A stretch of DNA of 64,000 nucleotides. Source: Pararhodobacter sp. GTDB lineage: Bacteria; Pseudomonadota; Alphaproteobacteria; Rhodobacterales; Rhodobacteraceae. The stretch is from assembly GCA_020832805.1 (NCBI GenBank), contig JAFIED010000006.1:15336-79335 (forward strand), in the 5' to 3' direction. Made by a program: the position numbers and the translations under genes. A model generated the notes under the pieces. The model was not told the origin of the DNA and did not search any database. It saw only the letters and a list, made by a program, of their open reading frames with translations. Each line of letters opens with the position of its first letter. Positions within the stretch are counted from its first letter, which is position 1. Shown piece by piece: positions 29,225 to 37,965 of this stretch.

Positions 29225-29767
29225 ATGAAAACCCCTGACACCGCTCCCCAGCAGGTCAAACCCGAGGATATCGAGGCGCTGATCGAGGTCTTTCAGGCCT
29301 CTGACTGGGACGAAATGCACCTGACAATGGGCGAATTCGAGATCTTTCTGTCGAACGACCCCAACGCCGCGCCGCAAGGCGCCGCACCAGCCCCCGCGCC
29401 CGCACCGGCCGCGCTGGCCGCCAGCGCGGCATCTGCTGCTGCACCCGGTGCTGCGCCTGCACTGGCCGCGCCAGCCCCCGCAGCCGGCGGGCCCGCCAGT
29501 GCTGGGGCCGAGGATGTGCCGGCGCATTGGCAGGTCGTCAGCGCCCCCAATCTGGGCACTTTCTACCGCGCGCCCAAACCCGGTGCCGCCAATTATTGCG
29601 AAGTCGGCCAAAGCGTGACTGCAGACAGCGAATTGTGCCTGATCGAGGTGATGAAGCTGTTTACCGCGCTGCGCGGTGGTATCGCGGGCACGGTGCGGCG
29701 CATCTGTGTGGCCGATGGCGAGATGGTCGAATACGGCCAGCCGCTTTTCTATATCGAGCCGGCATAA
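29225..29767 (+). CDS. biotin carboxyl carrier protein (AccB-like)
   Basis: Ala/Pro linker, GTFYRAPKPG, IEVMKL biotinyl-Lys motif, VEYGQPLF. Confidence 0.95.
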   Translation: MKTPDTAPQQVKPEDIEALIEVFQASDWDEMHLTMGEFEIFLSNDPNAAPQGAAPAPAPAPAALAASAASAAAPGAAPALAAPAPAAGGPASAGAEDVPAHWQVVSAPNLGTFYRAPKPGAANYCEVGQSVTADSELCLIEVMKLFTALRGGIAGTVRRICVADGEMVEYGQPLFYIEPA

Positions 29768-29770
29768 GCC

Positions 29771-31150
29771 ATGCCTGTCAAACGCCTTTTCGTGGCCAAC
29801 CGTGGCGAGATCGCCCTGCGCATCCTGCGTTCGGCCCGCGCGATGGGAATCGAGACGGTGCTGGGCGTTTCGGCTGCCGACCGCGAGGGCGCCGGGCCTG
29901 AGGCAGCAGACCGCGTGGTGGTGCTGGGTCCGGCACCCTCGGCCAAAAGCTATCTGGACCCGCGCCTGATCGTCCATGCCGCCGCCGCCACTGGCTGCGA
30001 CGCGCTGCATCCGGGCTATGGGTTCCTGTCCGAAAAACCCGAGCTGGCGCGCCTGTGCGAGGAAGAGGGCATCGCCTTTGTCGGCCCGCGCCCCGAAACC
30101 ATCGAGGCGCTGGGCGACAAGATGTCAGCCCGCGCCATGGCCATTGCTGCGGGTGTGCCCATCGTACCGGGCACCGATCACATCGCCGATCTGGACAGCG
30201 CGCGAAAGGCAGCGGCGGAATTGGGCTATCCGGTGGTGATGAAGGCCTCGGCCGGCGGCGGCGGGCGCGGCATGTTCAAGGCGGCCAGTGAGGCCGAACT
30301 GAACGCCTCGTTCGAGAGCGCCTCGCGCGCGGCGCAGGCGGCCTTTGGCGACAGCCGGCTTTACATGGAGCGTTTCGTCGAGGCAGCGCGCCATGTCGAG
30401 GTGCAGGTCATCGGCGACGGCGAGGGGGGCGTGCTGCATTTCGGCGAGCGTGACTGTTCCGTGCAGCGCCGATACCAGAAGCTGATCGAGGAAGCGCCCG
30501 CCAGCGCCATGCCCGACGCGCTGCGCACCCGCCTGCACGAAGCCGCCATCCGCATCTGTGCCCATGCCCGCTACCGCAATGCCGGCACGGTGGAATTCCT
30601 GTACGACGTGGCGCGGCAGGACATCTATTTCATCGAGGTCAATTCCCGCATCCAGGTCGAACACCCCGTGACCGAGGAGATCACCGGCATCGACCTGATT
30701 GCCTGCCAGCTGAAGGTCGCGGGCGGCGATGCGCTGGGCCTGACACAGGCTGATATCCGCCCCGCCGGCCATGCCATCGAGGTGCGCATCAACGCCGAGG
30801 ACCCGTTCGCCGATTTCCGCCCCTCGCCCGGGCGCATCACGGGCTGGGAACCGCCACGGGGGCCGGGCGTGCGGCTGGATAGCCACGCGCGCGCGGGTTA
30901 TCTGGTGCCCCCCTTTTACGACTCGATGATCGGCAAGCTGATCGTGCATGGCCATGACCGGGCCCAGGCCATCGACCGCCTGTTGCAGGCCATTGCCGAT
31001 TTCCGGCTGGAAGGGCCGCAGACCACGCTGCCGCTGGCTGCGCACATCCTGGACCACCCCGACTTTCGTGCAAACACATTCACGACCCGCTGGCTGGAGG
31101 ATCGGGTATTGCCCGATTTCGCCGCCGAGCGCCGTGCTGATGCCCCCTGA
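29771..31150 (+). CDS. biotin carboxylase subunit (AccC-like)
   Basis: ANRGEIA, HPGYGFLSE, GGGGRGM, ERDCSVQRR, EVNSRIQVEHPVTE, YDSMIGK. Confidence 0.96.
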   Translation: MPVKRLFVANRGEIALRILRSARAMGIETVLGVSAADREGAGPEAADRVVVLGPAPSAKSYLDPRLIVHAAAATGCDALHPGYGFLSEKPELARLCEEEGIAFVGPRPETIEALGDKMSARAMAIAAGVPIVPGTDHIADLDSARKAAAELGYPVVMKASAGGGGRGMFKAASEAELNASFESASRAAQAAFGDSRLYMERFVEAARHVEVQVIGDGEGGVLHFGERDCSVQRRYQKLIEEAPASAMPDALRTRLHEAAIRICAHARYRNAGTVEFLYDVARQDIYFIEVNSRIQVEHPVTEEITGIDLIACQLKVAGGDALGLTQADIRPAGHAIEVRINAEDPFADFRPSPGRITGWEPPRGPGVRLDSHARAGYLVPPFYDSMIGKLIVHGHDRAQAIDRLLQAIADFRLEGPQTTLPLAAHILDHPDFRANTFTTRWLEDRVLPDFAAERRADAP

Positions 31151-31164
31151 AGGAGAACGCCCCG

Positions 31165-32625
31165 ATGCATGTCGAATTCCTGGACGAAACCATCCGTGAT
31201 GGCCAGCAAAGCCTGTGGGGCATGCAGATGCAGGCCGGTATGGCGCTGCCCGTCACCCCGCTGCTGGACCGTACCGGCTTTCGGGTGATCGATCTGGCAG
31301 GCTCGTCGATGATGGAGGTGCTGATCAAGCGGTGCCGCGAAAACCCGTGGGAGGGGCTGGATCTGCTGGTGCAGTCGATGCCGCGCACACCCATTCGCGG
31401 CGGCATGCGCTCGAACGCCTCGGTCACCTTCGGCGTCACGCCGGATGCGCTGATGGATGCCTGGATGCGGCAGCTCAATCGCCACGGGGTGCGCAGCTTC
31501 TGGATCTATGATGTGCTGTTCAACATCCCCCAGACCCACCGGCTGGCCAAGGTCGCCAAGGAATTCGGGTCCGAGGTGGCGGGGGCGATCATGTTCACCC
31601 TCTCGCCCGTCCATACGGATGAATACTATGCCGACAAGGCCGACAAGCTGTCGGCCAGCCCCGATATCGACACGCTCTTGCTGTATGATACCGCCGGCAC
31701 GCTGGACAAGGACCGGCTGAAAACCCTGTTGCCCGCCATCGTGGCCAAGGCGCGCGGCAAGCCCATCGAGTTCCATTCCAACAACATCCTGGGCATGTCG
31801 GCCAAGGCCTATCTGGACAGCCTGGAACTGGGCGTCACCATCCTGCACACCGCCTCGCGCCCCATGGCGAACGGGCCGTCCACCCCGTCGACCGAGATCA
31901 TGGTCAAGAACATCGAGCTCAAGGGCTATACCCACAATCTGGACAAGAGCCTGTTCAAGCCGGTGGCCGATCATTTCGAGGCCGTAGGCAAGGCAGCCGG
32001 CTATCTGGTCAACCAGTACAACGAATACGACATCCTGTCGATCGAACACCAGATTCCCGGCGGGATGACCGGCACGCTGAAGGCACAGCTGGCCCAGCAC
32101 GGCATGTCCGACAAGCTGGATCAGGTGCTGGCCGAGACCGCCGAGGTGCGGCGCGAACTGGGCTATCCGGGCATGGCAACGCCCTTCAGCCAGCTTGTCG
32201 GCACGCTGGCGGTGCTGAACATCGTCACCGGCAAGCGCTATTCGGTGATCCCGGACGAGGTCATCCAGTATGCCGCCGGTTTTTATGGCGAGACGGTCGC
32301 GCCCATCGACCCGAATGTTCTGGACCGCATCATGGCATCGCCCCGCGCCAAGGAGGTCGTCGCCAACCCGCCCGAACAGCCCACCATCGAGGAATTGCGC
32401 AAGCGCTACGGCACCGACAACGATGACGAGTTGATCCTGCGCGCGCTGGTGCCAGAGGCCGATCTGGAACGGATGTGGGCGGCGGGGCCGGTGAAAACCA
32501 CCTATCCGCTGCTGTCCTCGCCCGAACTGGATCAGGTGCGCCGGTTGATGCGCGTGGCCCGCGCGCCGGTGGTGCAGATCAAGTCCTCGCTGATGAACCT
32601 GTCGCTCAAGCGTCATTCGGCCTGA
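31165..32625 (+). CDS. carboxyltransferase subunit, pyruvate carboxylase B / oxaloacetate decarboxylase alpha family (divergent)
   Basis: DETIRDGQQSL, HQIPGGM, RRELGYPGMATPFSQLVG; metal-ligand motifs altered (YDTAG, HSN). Confidence 0.9.
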   Translation: MHVEFLDETIRDGQQSLWGMQMQAGMALPVTPLLDRTGFRVIDLAGSSMMEVLIKRCRENPWEGLDLLVQSMPRTPIRGGMRSNASVTFGVTPDALMDAWMRQLNRHGVRSFWIYDVLFNIPQTHRLAKVAKEFGSEVAGAIMFTLSPVHTDEYYADKADKLSASPDIDTLLLYDTAGTLDKDRLKTLLPAIVAKARGKPIEFHSNNILGMSAKAYLDSLELGVTILHTASRPMANGPSTPSTEIMVKNIELKGYTHNLDKSLFKPVADHFEAVGKAAGYLVNQYNEYDILSIEHQIPGGMTGTLKAQLAQHGMSDKLDQVLAETAEVRRELGYPGMATPFSQLVGTLAVLNIVTGKRYSVIPDEVIQYAAGFYGETVAPIDPNVLDRIMASPRAKEVVANPPEQPTIEELRKRYGTDNDDELILRALVPEADLERMWAAGPVKTTYPLLSSPELDQVRRLMRVARAPVVQIKSSLMNLSLKRHSA

Positions 32626-32628
32626 GCC

Positions 32629-33813
32629 ATGGCAGCCCGGCGCGCCGTGATCGTCGATCTGCTGCGCAGCCCCTGGGGCCGGGGGCGCGCAGATGGCGGG
32701 CTGGCCGCGCTGCACCCGGTCGATCTGTATGCCCAGGTGCTGCGCGGTCTGATACGCCGCAACGGGCTGGACCCGGCGCTGGTGGAAGATGTCATCACCG
32801 GCTGCGTGATCCAGGTCGCCGAACAATCCGGCAATATCGGCCGGCAGGCGGCGCTGGCGGCGGGGTTTCCGGTCAGCGTGCCGGCGGTGACGCTGGATCG
32901 TAAATGCGGCTCGGCCCAGCAGGCGATGGATTTCGCAGCACAGGGCATCATCGCCGGCGCCTATGACGTTGTCATCGCCGGCGGCGTAGAGATGATGAGC
33001 CGTGTGCCGATGCGCGCCAACCGCATGGGCAAGGATAACCTGGGCCCCATGTTGCGCGCCCGCTACCCTGACGGCTTCGTGCATCAGGGCATCTCGGCAG
33101 AACTGATCGCCGCGCGCTGGAACCTGAAGCGCCGCGCATTGGACCAATATGCCGCGCGCTCGCATCGGCTCGCGCATGCCGCGCGCGCGGCCGGGCTGAC
33201 CGCGCGCGACATCCTGCCCATCGATACCCCCGCAGGCACCGTCACCCTGGACGAGGGCCTGCGCCCCGACACCTCGGCAGAGATCCTGGCCGGGCTGAAG
33301 CCTGCCTTTTTCGACGCCGAGGTGGCGCGCGCCTATCCGCAGATCCGCTGGTCGGTCACGGCCGGGAATGCCAGCCAGGTCAGCGACGGGGCAGGCGCGG
33401 CGCTGTTGATGGAAGAAGCCACCGCCCTTGCCCTGGGCCGGACCCCGCGTGCGGCCATCACCCATTTTGCAGTGGCGGGCGACGATCCGATCCTGATGCT
33501 GACCGGCGTGATTCCCGCCACGCGCAAACTGCTGGCCCGCGCTGATCTGGGCATCGACGCCATCGACGCGTTCGAGGTCAACGAAGCCTTTGCGCCCGTC
33601 GTGCTGGCCTGGCAGCACGAAACAGGCGCCGCATCCGAACGCGTGAATCCACTGGGCGGCGCCATCGCCCTGGGTCACCCGGTCGGCGCTTCGGGTGTGC
33701 GGCTGATGGGCAACCTTCTGGCGCGGCTGGAAGCAACGGATGGCCGGCGGGGATTGATCACCATGTGCGAATCCGGTGGTATGGCCAACGCAACGCTGAT
33801 CGAGCGTCTATAG
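32629..33813 (+). CDS. acetyl-CoA C-acyltransferase (thiolase)
   Basis: DRKCGSAQQA, TAGNASQVSDGA, EVNEAFA, GHPVGASG, MCESGG. Confidence 0.95.
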   Translation: MAARRAVIVDLLRSPWGRGRADGGLAALHPVDLYAQVLRGLIRRNGLDPALVEDVITGCVIQVAEQSGNIGRQAALAAGFPVSVPAVTLDRKCGSAQQAMDFAAQGIIAGAYDVVIAGGVEMMSRVPMRANRMGKDNLGPMLRARYPDGFVHQGISAELIAARWNLKRRALDQYAARSHRLAHAARAAGLTARDILPIDTPAGTVTLDEGLRPDTSAEILAGLKPAFFDAEVARAYPQIRWSVTAGNASQVSDGAGAALLMEEATALALGRTPRAAITHFAVAGDDPILMLTGVIPATRKLLARADLGIDAIDAFEVNEAFAPVVLAWQHETGAASERVNPLGGAIALGHPVGASGVRLMGNLLARLEATDGRRGLITMCESGGMANATLIERL

Positions 33814-33826
33814 AAAGGACACCGCC

Positions 33827-34126
33827 ATGTTCGTCGTTTCCGTGCTCTATCCCAATACCGAAGGCAAGCATTTCGATCTTGACTACTATACCGGCCGGCA
33901 CCTGCCGCTGGTGCATCGCCTGCTGGACCCAAAGGGGTTGCGCAGCCTGACCTATTACCAGCCTGCACCCGGCGCGCCCTTCCGGCTGGTCGCCGAAATG
34001 CGCTTTGACGATGGCAAAGCCGCCAGGGCCGCCCTGAGTGCCCATGGCGCCGAAACCCAGGCCGATATCCCCAATTTCACCGACGAGGCGCCGATCATCC
34101 TGATGGCGCCTCTCGTTTCGGGCTGA
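33827..34126 (+). CDS. EthD family protein
   Basis: VSVLYP....FDLDYYTGRHLPLV...ADIPNFTD. Confidence 0.85.
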   Translation: MFVVSVLYPNTEGKHFDLDYYTGRHLPLVHRLLDPKGLRSLTYYQPAPGAPFRLVAEMRFDDGKAARAALSAHGAETQADIPNFTDEAPIILMAPLVSG

Positions 34127-34135
34127 AAACCCGCC

Positions 34136-34195
34136 GCCCCTTCATCTTGCCGAAAATACTCTCCGGGGGTGCGGGGGTGGAAAACCCCCGCTTCC
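34136..34195. repeat. Rhodobacteraceae-type intergenic (REP-like) element
   Basis: TTCATCTTGCCGAAAATACTCTCCGGGGGTGCGGGGGTGGAAAACCCCCGC between convergent genes, ending in a GCGGGGGT-ggaaa-ACCCCCGC hairpin; family recalled, not searched. Confidence 0.55.
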
Positions 34196-34237
34196 GGCGC
34201 TCACCACGGGGGCAAACGCCGCTATTGTCCTGCCCGC

Positions 34238-35020
34238 TTACTGCCGCGCCGTCGTGCCGCCATCGATCACCAGCACCGTGCCGTTGCAATAGCTTGCCTC
34301 GTCCGACGCCAGATACAGGCAGCCATGGGCCATCTCCTCGGGCGTGCCGGGGCGTTTCATCGGGGTCAGGCTGTCGGCCACCGCCGGATCGTCGAACAGG
34401 TTCAGCACCGAAGCCACCATCGGCGTGGCAATGAAGCCGGGCGCGATGCAGTTGGTGCGGATGTTGTCGCCCGCATAGGCCACGCACATCGCCCGCGTCA
34501 GATTGATCATGCCGCCTTTGGCCGCGCAGTAGGTATGCGCTGCGGGCAGCCCCTGAAAGCCGGAAATCGAGGCGACATGCACGATCGACCCGCCGCCCTG
34601 CTTCTTCATCTGCCGCACCGCCAGTTTCGAAATCAGGAAACAGGCGGTCAGGTTGATGTTCAGCACCTCGTTCCATTTCTCCAGCGAGGTCTCGGCGATG
34701 TCATTCATCGACCCGGGGCTTTTTTCCATCCAGCTGTAGCCCACGCCTGCGGCATGAACCACGATGTCCACGCGGCCGTGCCTGCTCAGCGCGGCCTGGA
34801 AAGCGGCCTCGGCGTCGGCCTCGGTGGCCAGATCGGCAGCGTGGTAATCGGCCTCGCCTCCTGCCGCGCGCACCAGTTCGACCGTCTCGCGCAGGTTCGC
34901 CTCGGTGCGTGACACGCCGAATACCTTGCCCCCCTCCCGGGCAAAGATCTGCATCGCCGCCCGCCCCACGCCGGTCCCAGCCCCGGCGATGAAGACAACC
35001 TTGTCCTGAACACGTCCCAT
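34238..35020 (-). CDS. SDR family oxidoreductase
   Basis: GAGTGVG, YCAAK catalytic motif, NCIAPG, IDGG. Confidence 0.93.
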   Translation of the reverse strand: MGRVQDKVVFIAGAGTGVGRAAMQIFAREGGKVFGVSRTEANLRETVELVRAAGGEADYHAADLATEADAEAAFQAALSRHGRVDIVVHAAGVGYSWMEKSPGSMNDIAETSLEKWNEVLNINLTACFLISKLAVRQMKKQGGGSIVHVASISGFQGLPAAHTYCAAKGGMINLTRAMCVAYAGDNIRTNCIAPGFIATPMVASVLNLFDDPAVADSLTPMKRPGTPEEMAHGCLYLASDEASYCNGTVLVIDGGTTARQ

Positions 35021-35069
35021 GGGTTCCTCCCTCAAGTACCCTGTGCCAAAAAGCTTGACACCCTCCAGA

Positions 35070-35108
35070 ATCGTAAGACTAGATTGTTTTACAATATCGC
35101 ACAACAAT
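35070..35108. promoter_or_regulatory. tandem operator boxes (three units), site 4
   Basis: ATCGTAAGACTAG + ATTGTTTTACAAT + ATCGCACAACAAT between divergent SDR and Zn-ADH; TTGACA at 35055. Confidence 0.8.
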
Positions 35109-35154
35109 ATGGCACGTCCGGTTGGCGATTTGGCACATCGGAGGGGGAGACGAC

Positions 35155-36195
35155 ATGAAGGCAGCAATATTCAAGGGGCTGGGCCACAAGCTGGCGATCG
35201 AGGAGCGCCCGCGCCCGGTGGCGGGGCCGGGGCAGGTGGTGTTGCGCGTCGCGGCCTGTGGCATCTGCGGCTCGGACCTGCATGCCACACAGGAAGGCGT
35301 GTTCCTGATGCCTGACGGCACCGTGCTGGGGCACGAATTTTCCGGCGAGGTGGTGGAAAGTACCGATGACGCCTTTGCGCCCGGCGATCGGGTTACGGCG
35401 CTGCCGGTCAATGCCTGCGCCGACCCGGCCTGTCAGGCGCTGGGCCGCTGCAAGGATGATCTGGGCATTCGCTGCCCGCAGAACCGCATCACCGGGCTGG
35501 CACTGGATGTGCCCGGCGCCTATGCCGATTATGTGGCGGTTGGCGCCCGGCAGGCGGTGCGCCTGCCGGAAAATGTCAGTTACGACGAGGGCGCGCTGGT
35601 CGAACCGCTGGCGGTGGGGCTGCATGCGGTGCGCAAATCCGGCCTCGGCCCCGGTGCACGCGTGCTGGTCATCGGCGCCGGGCCGATCGGCCTGTCGGTG
35701 GCGGCCTTTGCCCGCCACGCCGGCGCCCGCGCCGTGGTGGTCAGCGAGATGAACGCCACCCGCCGCGCGCTGGCACAGACCATGGGCGCGCATGCCGTCA
35801 TCGACCCGGCCGCGCATGATGAGCTGGGCGCCGCCTTTGCCGATGCCGCCGGCGGGCCGCCCGATGTGATCTTCGAATGCGTGGGGGTGCCGGGCCTGAT
35901 CCAGCAGTGCATCGACCTGTCACAACCGCTGGGCAAGATCGTGGTGGTGGGCGTGCTGATGAAAGAAGACACCATCGTGCCGATCTCGGCCATCCTGAAG
36001 GAGTTGTCGATCCAGTTCGTGCTTGGCTATGTCGACGAGGATTTCGAGATCGTGCTGGATGCCCTGGCCTCAGGCGCCATCGACGCGAAGCCGATGATTT
36101 CGCAGCGCGTCAGTCTGGACGAATTGCCCGACGCGTTCGAGGCGTTGCGCCGGCCCAGCACGCAGGTCAAGGTGCTGATCACGCCGGGCACCTGA
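35155..36195 (+). CDS. zinc-binding alcohol dehydrogenase (sorbitol/butanediol DH-like)
   Basis: CGICGSDLH, GHEFSG, EPLAVG, GAGPIG. Confidence 0.93.
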   Translation: MKAAIFKGLGHKLAIEERPRPVAGPGQVVLRVAACGICGSDLHATQEGVFLMPDGTVLGHEFSGEVVESTDDAFAPGDRVTALPVNACADPACQALGRCKDDLGIRCPQNRITGLALDVPGAYADYVAVGARQAVRLPENVSYDEGALVEPLAVGLHAVRKSGLGPGARVLVIGAGPIGLSVAAFARHAGARAVVVSEMNATRRALAQTMGAHAVIDPAAHDELGAAFADAAGGPPDVIFECVGVPGLIQQCIDLSQPLGKIVVVGVLMKEDTIVPISAILKELSIQFVLGYVDEDFEIVLDALASGAIDAKPMISQRVSLDELPDAFEALRRPSTQVKVLITPGT

Positions 36196-36236
36196 CGTGA
36201 CAGATCATGGGGCGGCCGAAACCGGCCGCCCGCTGT

Positions 36237-36977
36237 TCAGGCGCTCAGGTTTGCGCCGCCGTTAACATAGACCACCTGCCCCGTAATGAACTCGGCCTCG
36301 GGGCTGGCCAGGAATTTCATCAGGTTGGTATAGTCCTCGGCCTGCACACCGCGCCCGGACGGGTTGCTTTGTGCCGAATGGGCCACCAGATCGCCGGCCT
36401 TGGCGCCGAAAAGCTGTCGCACCGCATCTGTCTCGACGATAGAGGGCGCGACGCAGTTGATACGGATGCCACGCGGCGCCAGTTCGACCGCCAGATAACG
36501 CACCAGACTTTCCGACAACGCCTTGCCGACGCCGATGGCGGCATAGTTTTCCACCACGATCCGCCCGCCCCGGCTGGTCAGAAAGAACACCGTGCTGCCG
36601 CGGTCCATCAGGTCAAGGGTTGCCTGAACCAGGAACAACAGCGATGGCCCGTTGGTGATGATCGCGCGGGTAAAACGCGCCGGGTCAGCGTTCAGCACCG
36701 GGCTGGCGTAAGCATCGACGGCACAATGCACCACCTGTTCCAGCCGCGCCCCGGCCGCGCGCACCGCCTCGGCCATCGCCGCGCAACCCTCGGGCGTGCC
36801 CGCATCGGCCTTGATCAGCACGACCCTGGCGCCGGTTGCTGCAACTTCCGCCTGCGCAGCCTCGGCCGCCGCCTGATCACCGTGATAATTCAGAAAGACC
36901 GTGCGGTCCGGCCCGGAAAACGCCTTGCCGATTTCCAGCCCTATGCCCTTTGTGCCCCCGGTAACAAGTATCGCCAT
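36237..36977 (-). CDS. SDR family oxidoreductase (FabL-like enoyl reductase)
   Basis: TGGTKGIG, Y-x6-K (YAAIGVGK), YLAVELAPRGIRINCV. Confidence 0.88.
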   Translation of the reverse strand: MAILVTGGTKGIGLEIGKAFSGPDRTVFLNYHGDQAAAEAAQAEVAATGARVVLIKADAGTPEGCAAMAEAVRAAGARLEQVVHCAVDAYASPVLNADPARFTRAIITNGPSLLFLVQATLDLMDRGSTVFFLTSRGGRIVVENYAAIGVGKALSESLVRYLAVELAPRGIRINCVAPSIVETDAVRQLFGAKAGDLVAHSAQSNPSGRGVQAEDYTNLMKFLASPEAEFITGQVVYVNGGANLSA

Positions 36978-36995
36978 GATTGCCTCCCTGACATC

Positions 36996-37021
36996 ATTGT
37001 AGAACAATCATGTCGGACGAT
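36996..37021. promoter_or_regulatory. tandem operator boxes, site 5
   Basis: ATTGTAGAACAAT + CATGTCGGACGAT just upstream of the SDR start. Confidence 0.8.
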
Positions 37022-37069
37022 CAGGGGCAATGCAATGCCAAAGCTCATACCCTGCCCCAACAGGCGGGT

Positions 37070-37747
37070 TCAGGATTGCGCAAAGGCCTCTTCCGGCAGT
37101 CTGGTCAGCAGGATGCGGGTACGGCGGATGTGAATCTGCATCAGCCTGTCAGCCCGGTTGCGGTTGCCGGCAAGGATTGCCTCGGTGATGGCGGCATAAT
37201 CCTCGAACTGTTTTTCACGGTGTTCATGGGTCAGGTAGGACTGGAATTGCAAGCGCAGCAGATGGATCTGCATCAGCGGCATCAGGCGCGTGACCTCGGC
37301 ATTCTCTGCAATGCGGATCAGCAAATCGTAATAGTCCCGCCGCTCTTTCAGCAGCGCCATGAAATCGCTGTTCTCGCGCACCGCAGACAGTTGCGCGAAC
37401 TGGGTTTGCAGCGCGGCGTGGTTGTCACCCTTGTCGATGTTATGCGCAGCCAGCCGGGCCACCAGACCGACCAGCACCTCCAGCACGATCAACGTGTCAT
37501 GCACCTCGCTGCGCGAAAGGGCACGGATATAAGCCCCACGATGACGATTCAGCGTGACCAGACCCTCGGCCGCAAGCCGCTTCAGCGCCTCGCGCACGGG
37601 GCCGCGGCTGACCCCGAGGTTGCGCGTCAGATCCGCTTCGACCAGCCGCTGCCCCGGCACCATGCGCCCGGAATAGACGCCAGAAACAATCGCCTCGACC
37701 ACAAGTTCGGGCGAACTGAGCGTTGGGCGGGTCTCGACGATATTCAT
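37070..37747 (-). CDS. GntR family (FadR/FCD) transcriptional regulator
   Basis: PGQRLVEADL..LGVSRGPVREALKRLAAEGLV wHTH plus helical FCD domain. Confidence 0.95.
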   Translation of the reverse strand: MNIVETRPTLSSPELVVEAIVSGVYSGRMVPGQRLVEADLTRNLGVSRGPVREALKRLAAEGLVTLNRHRGAYIRALSRSEVHDTLIVLEVLVGLVARLAAHNIDKGDNHAALQTQFAQLSAVRENSDFMALLKERRDYYDLLIRIAENAEVTRLMPLMQIHLLRLQFQSYLTHEHREKQFEDYAAITEAILAGNRNRADRLMQIHIRRTRILLTRLPEEAFAQS

Positions 37748-37886
37748 GTGGCTCACTCCTGAAGCAGGGCCCAAACCGGATTTCCAGCCAGAACGTAAAG
37801 GAAAGATACACCCGGCGCGCGCTGCACTGCCTCTATGGCGAAATGCCCGGCCCTTCAACCGAATACCCTACCATATTGGCGGCATT

Positions 37887-37912
37887 TTTGTCGAACGATA
37901 TTGTCCTTCAAT
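37887..37912. promoter_or_regulatory. tandem operator boxes, site 6 (possible autoregulation)
   Basis: TTTGTCGAACGAT + ATTGTCCTTCAAT between divergent gntR and DUF3237 gene. Confidence 0.7.
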
Positions 37913-37965
37913 TCTGTTTCGTCTTTGATTGGTATCCTTGTTAGCACGATCTGGAAGGAAGCGAC

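Noticed and set aside
29225-32625. Calling these genes housekeeping accB/accC or pyc/oadA
   Set aside because: No accA/accD or oadB/oadG nearby, altered CT active site, and location within an accessory regulon.
30916-33678. 920-aa minus-strand ORF (likewise 15715-17967, 20808-22865, 39083-41194, 50756-52768)
   Set aside because: Antisense to recognisable enzyme genes; no domain signatures.
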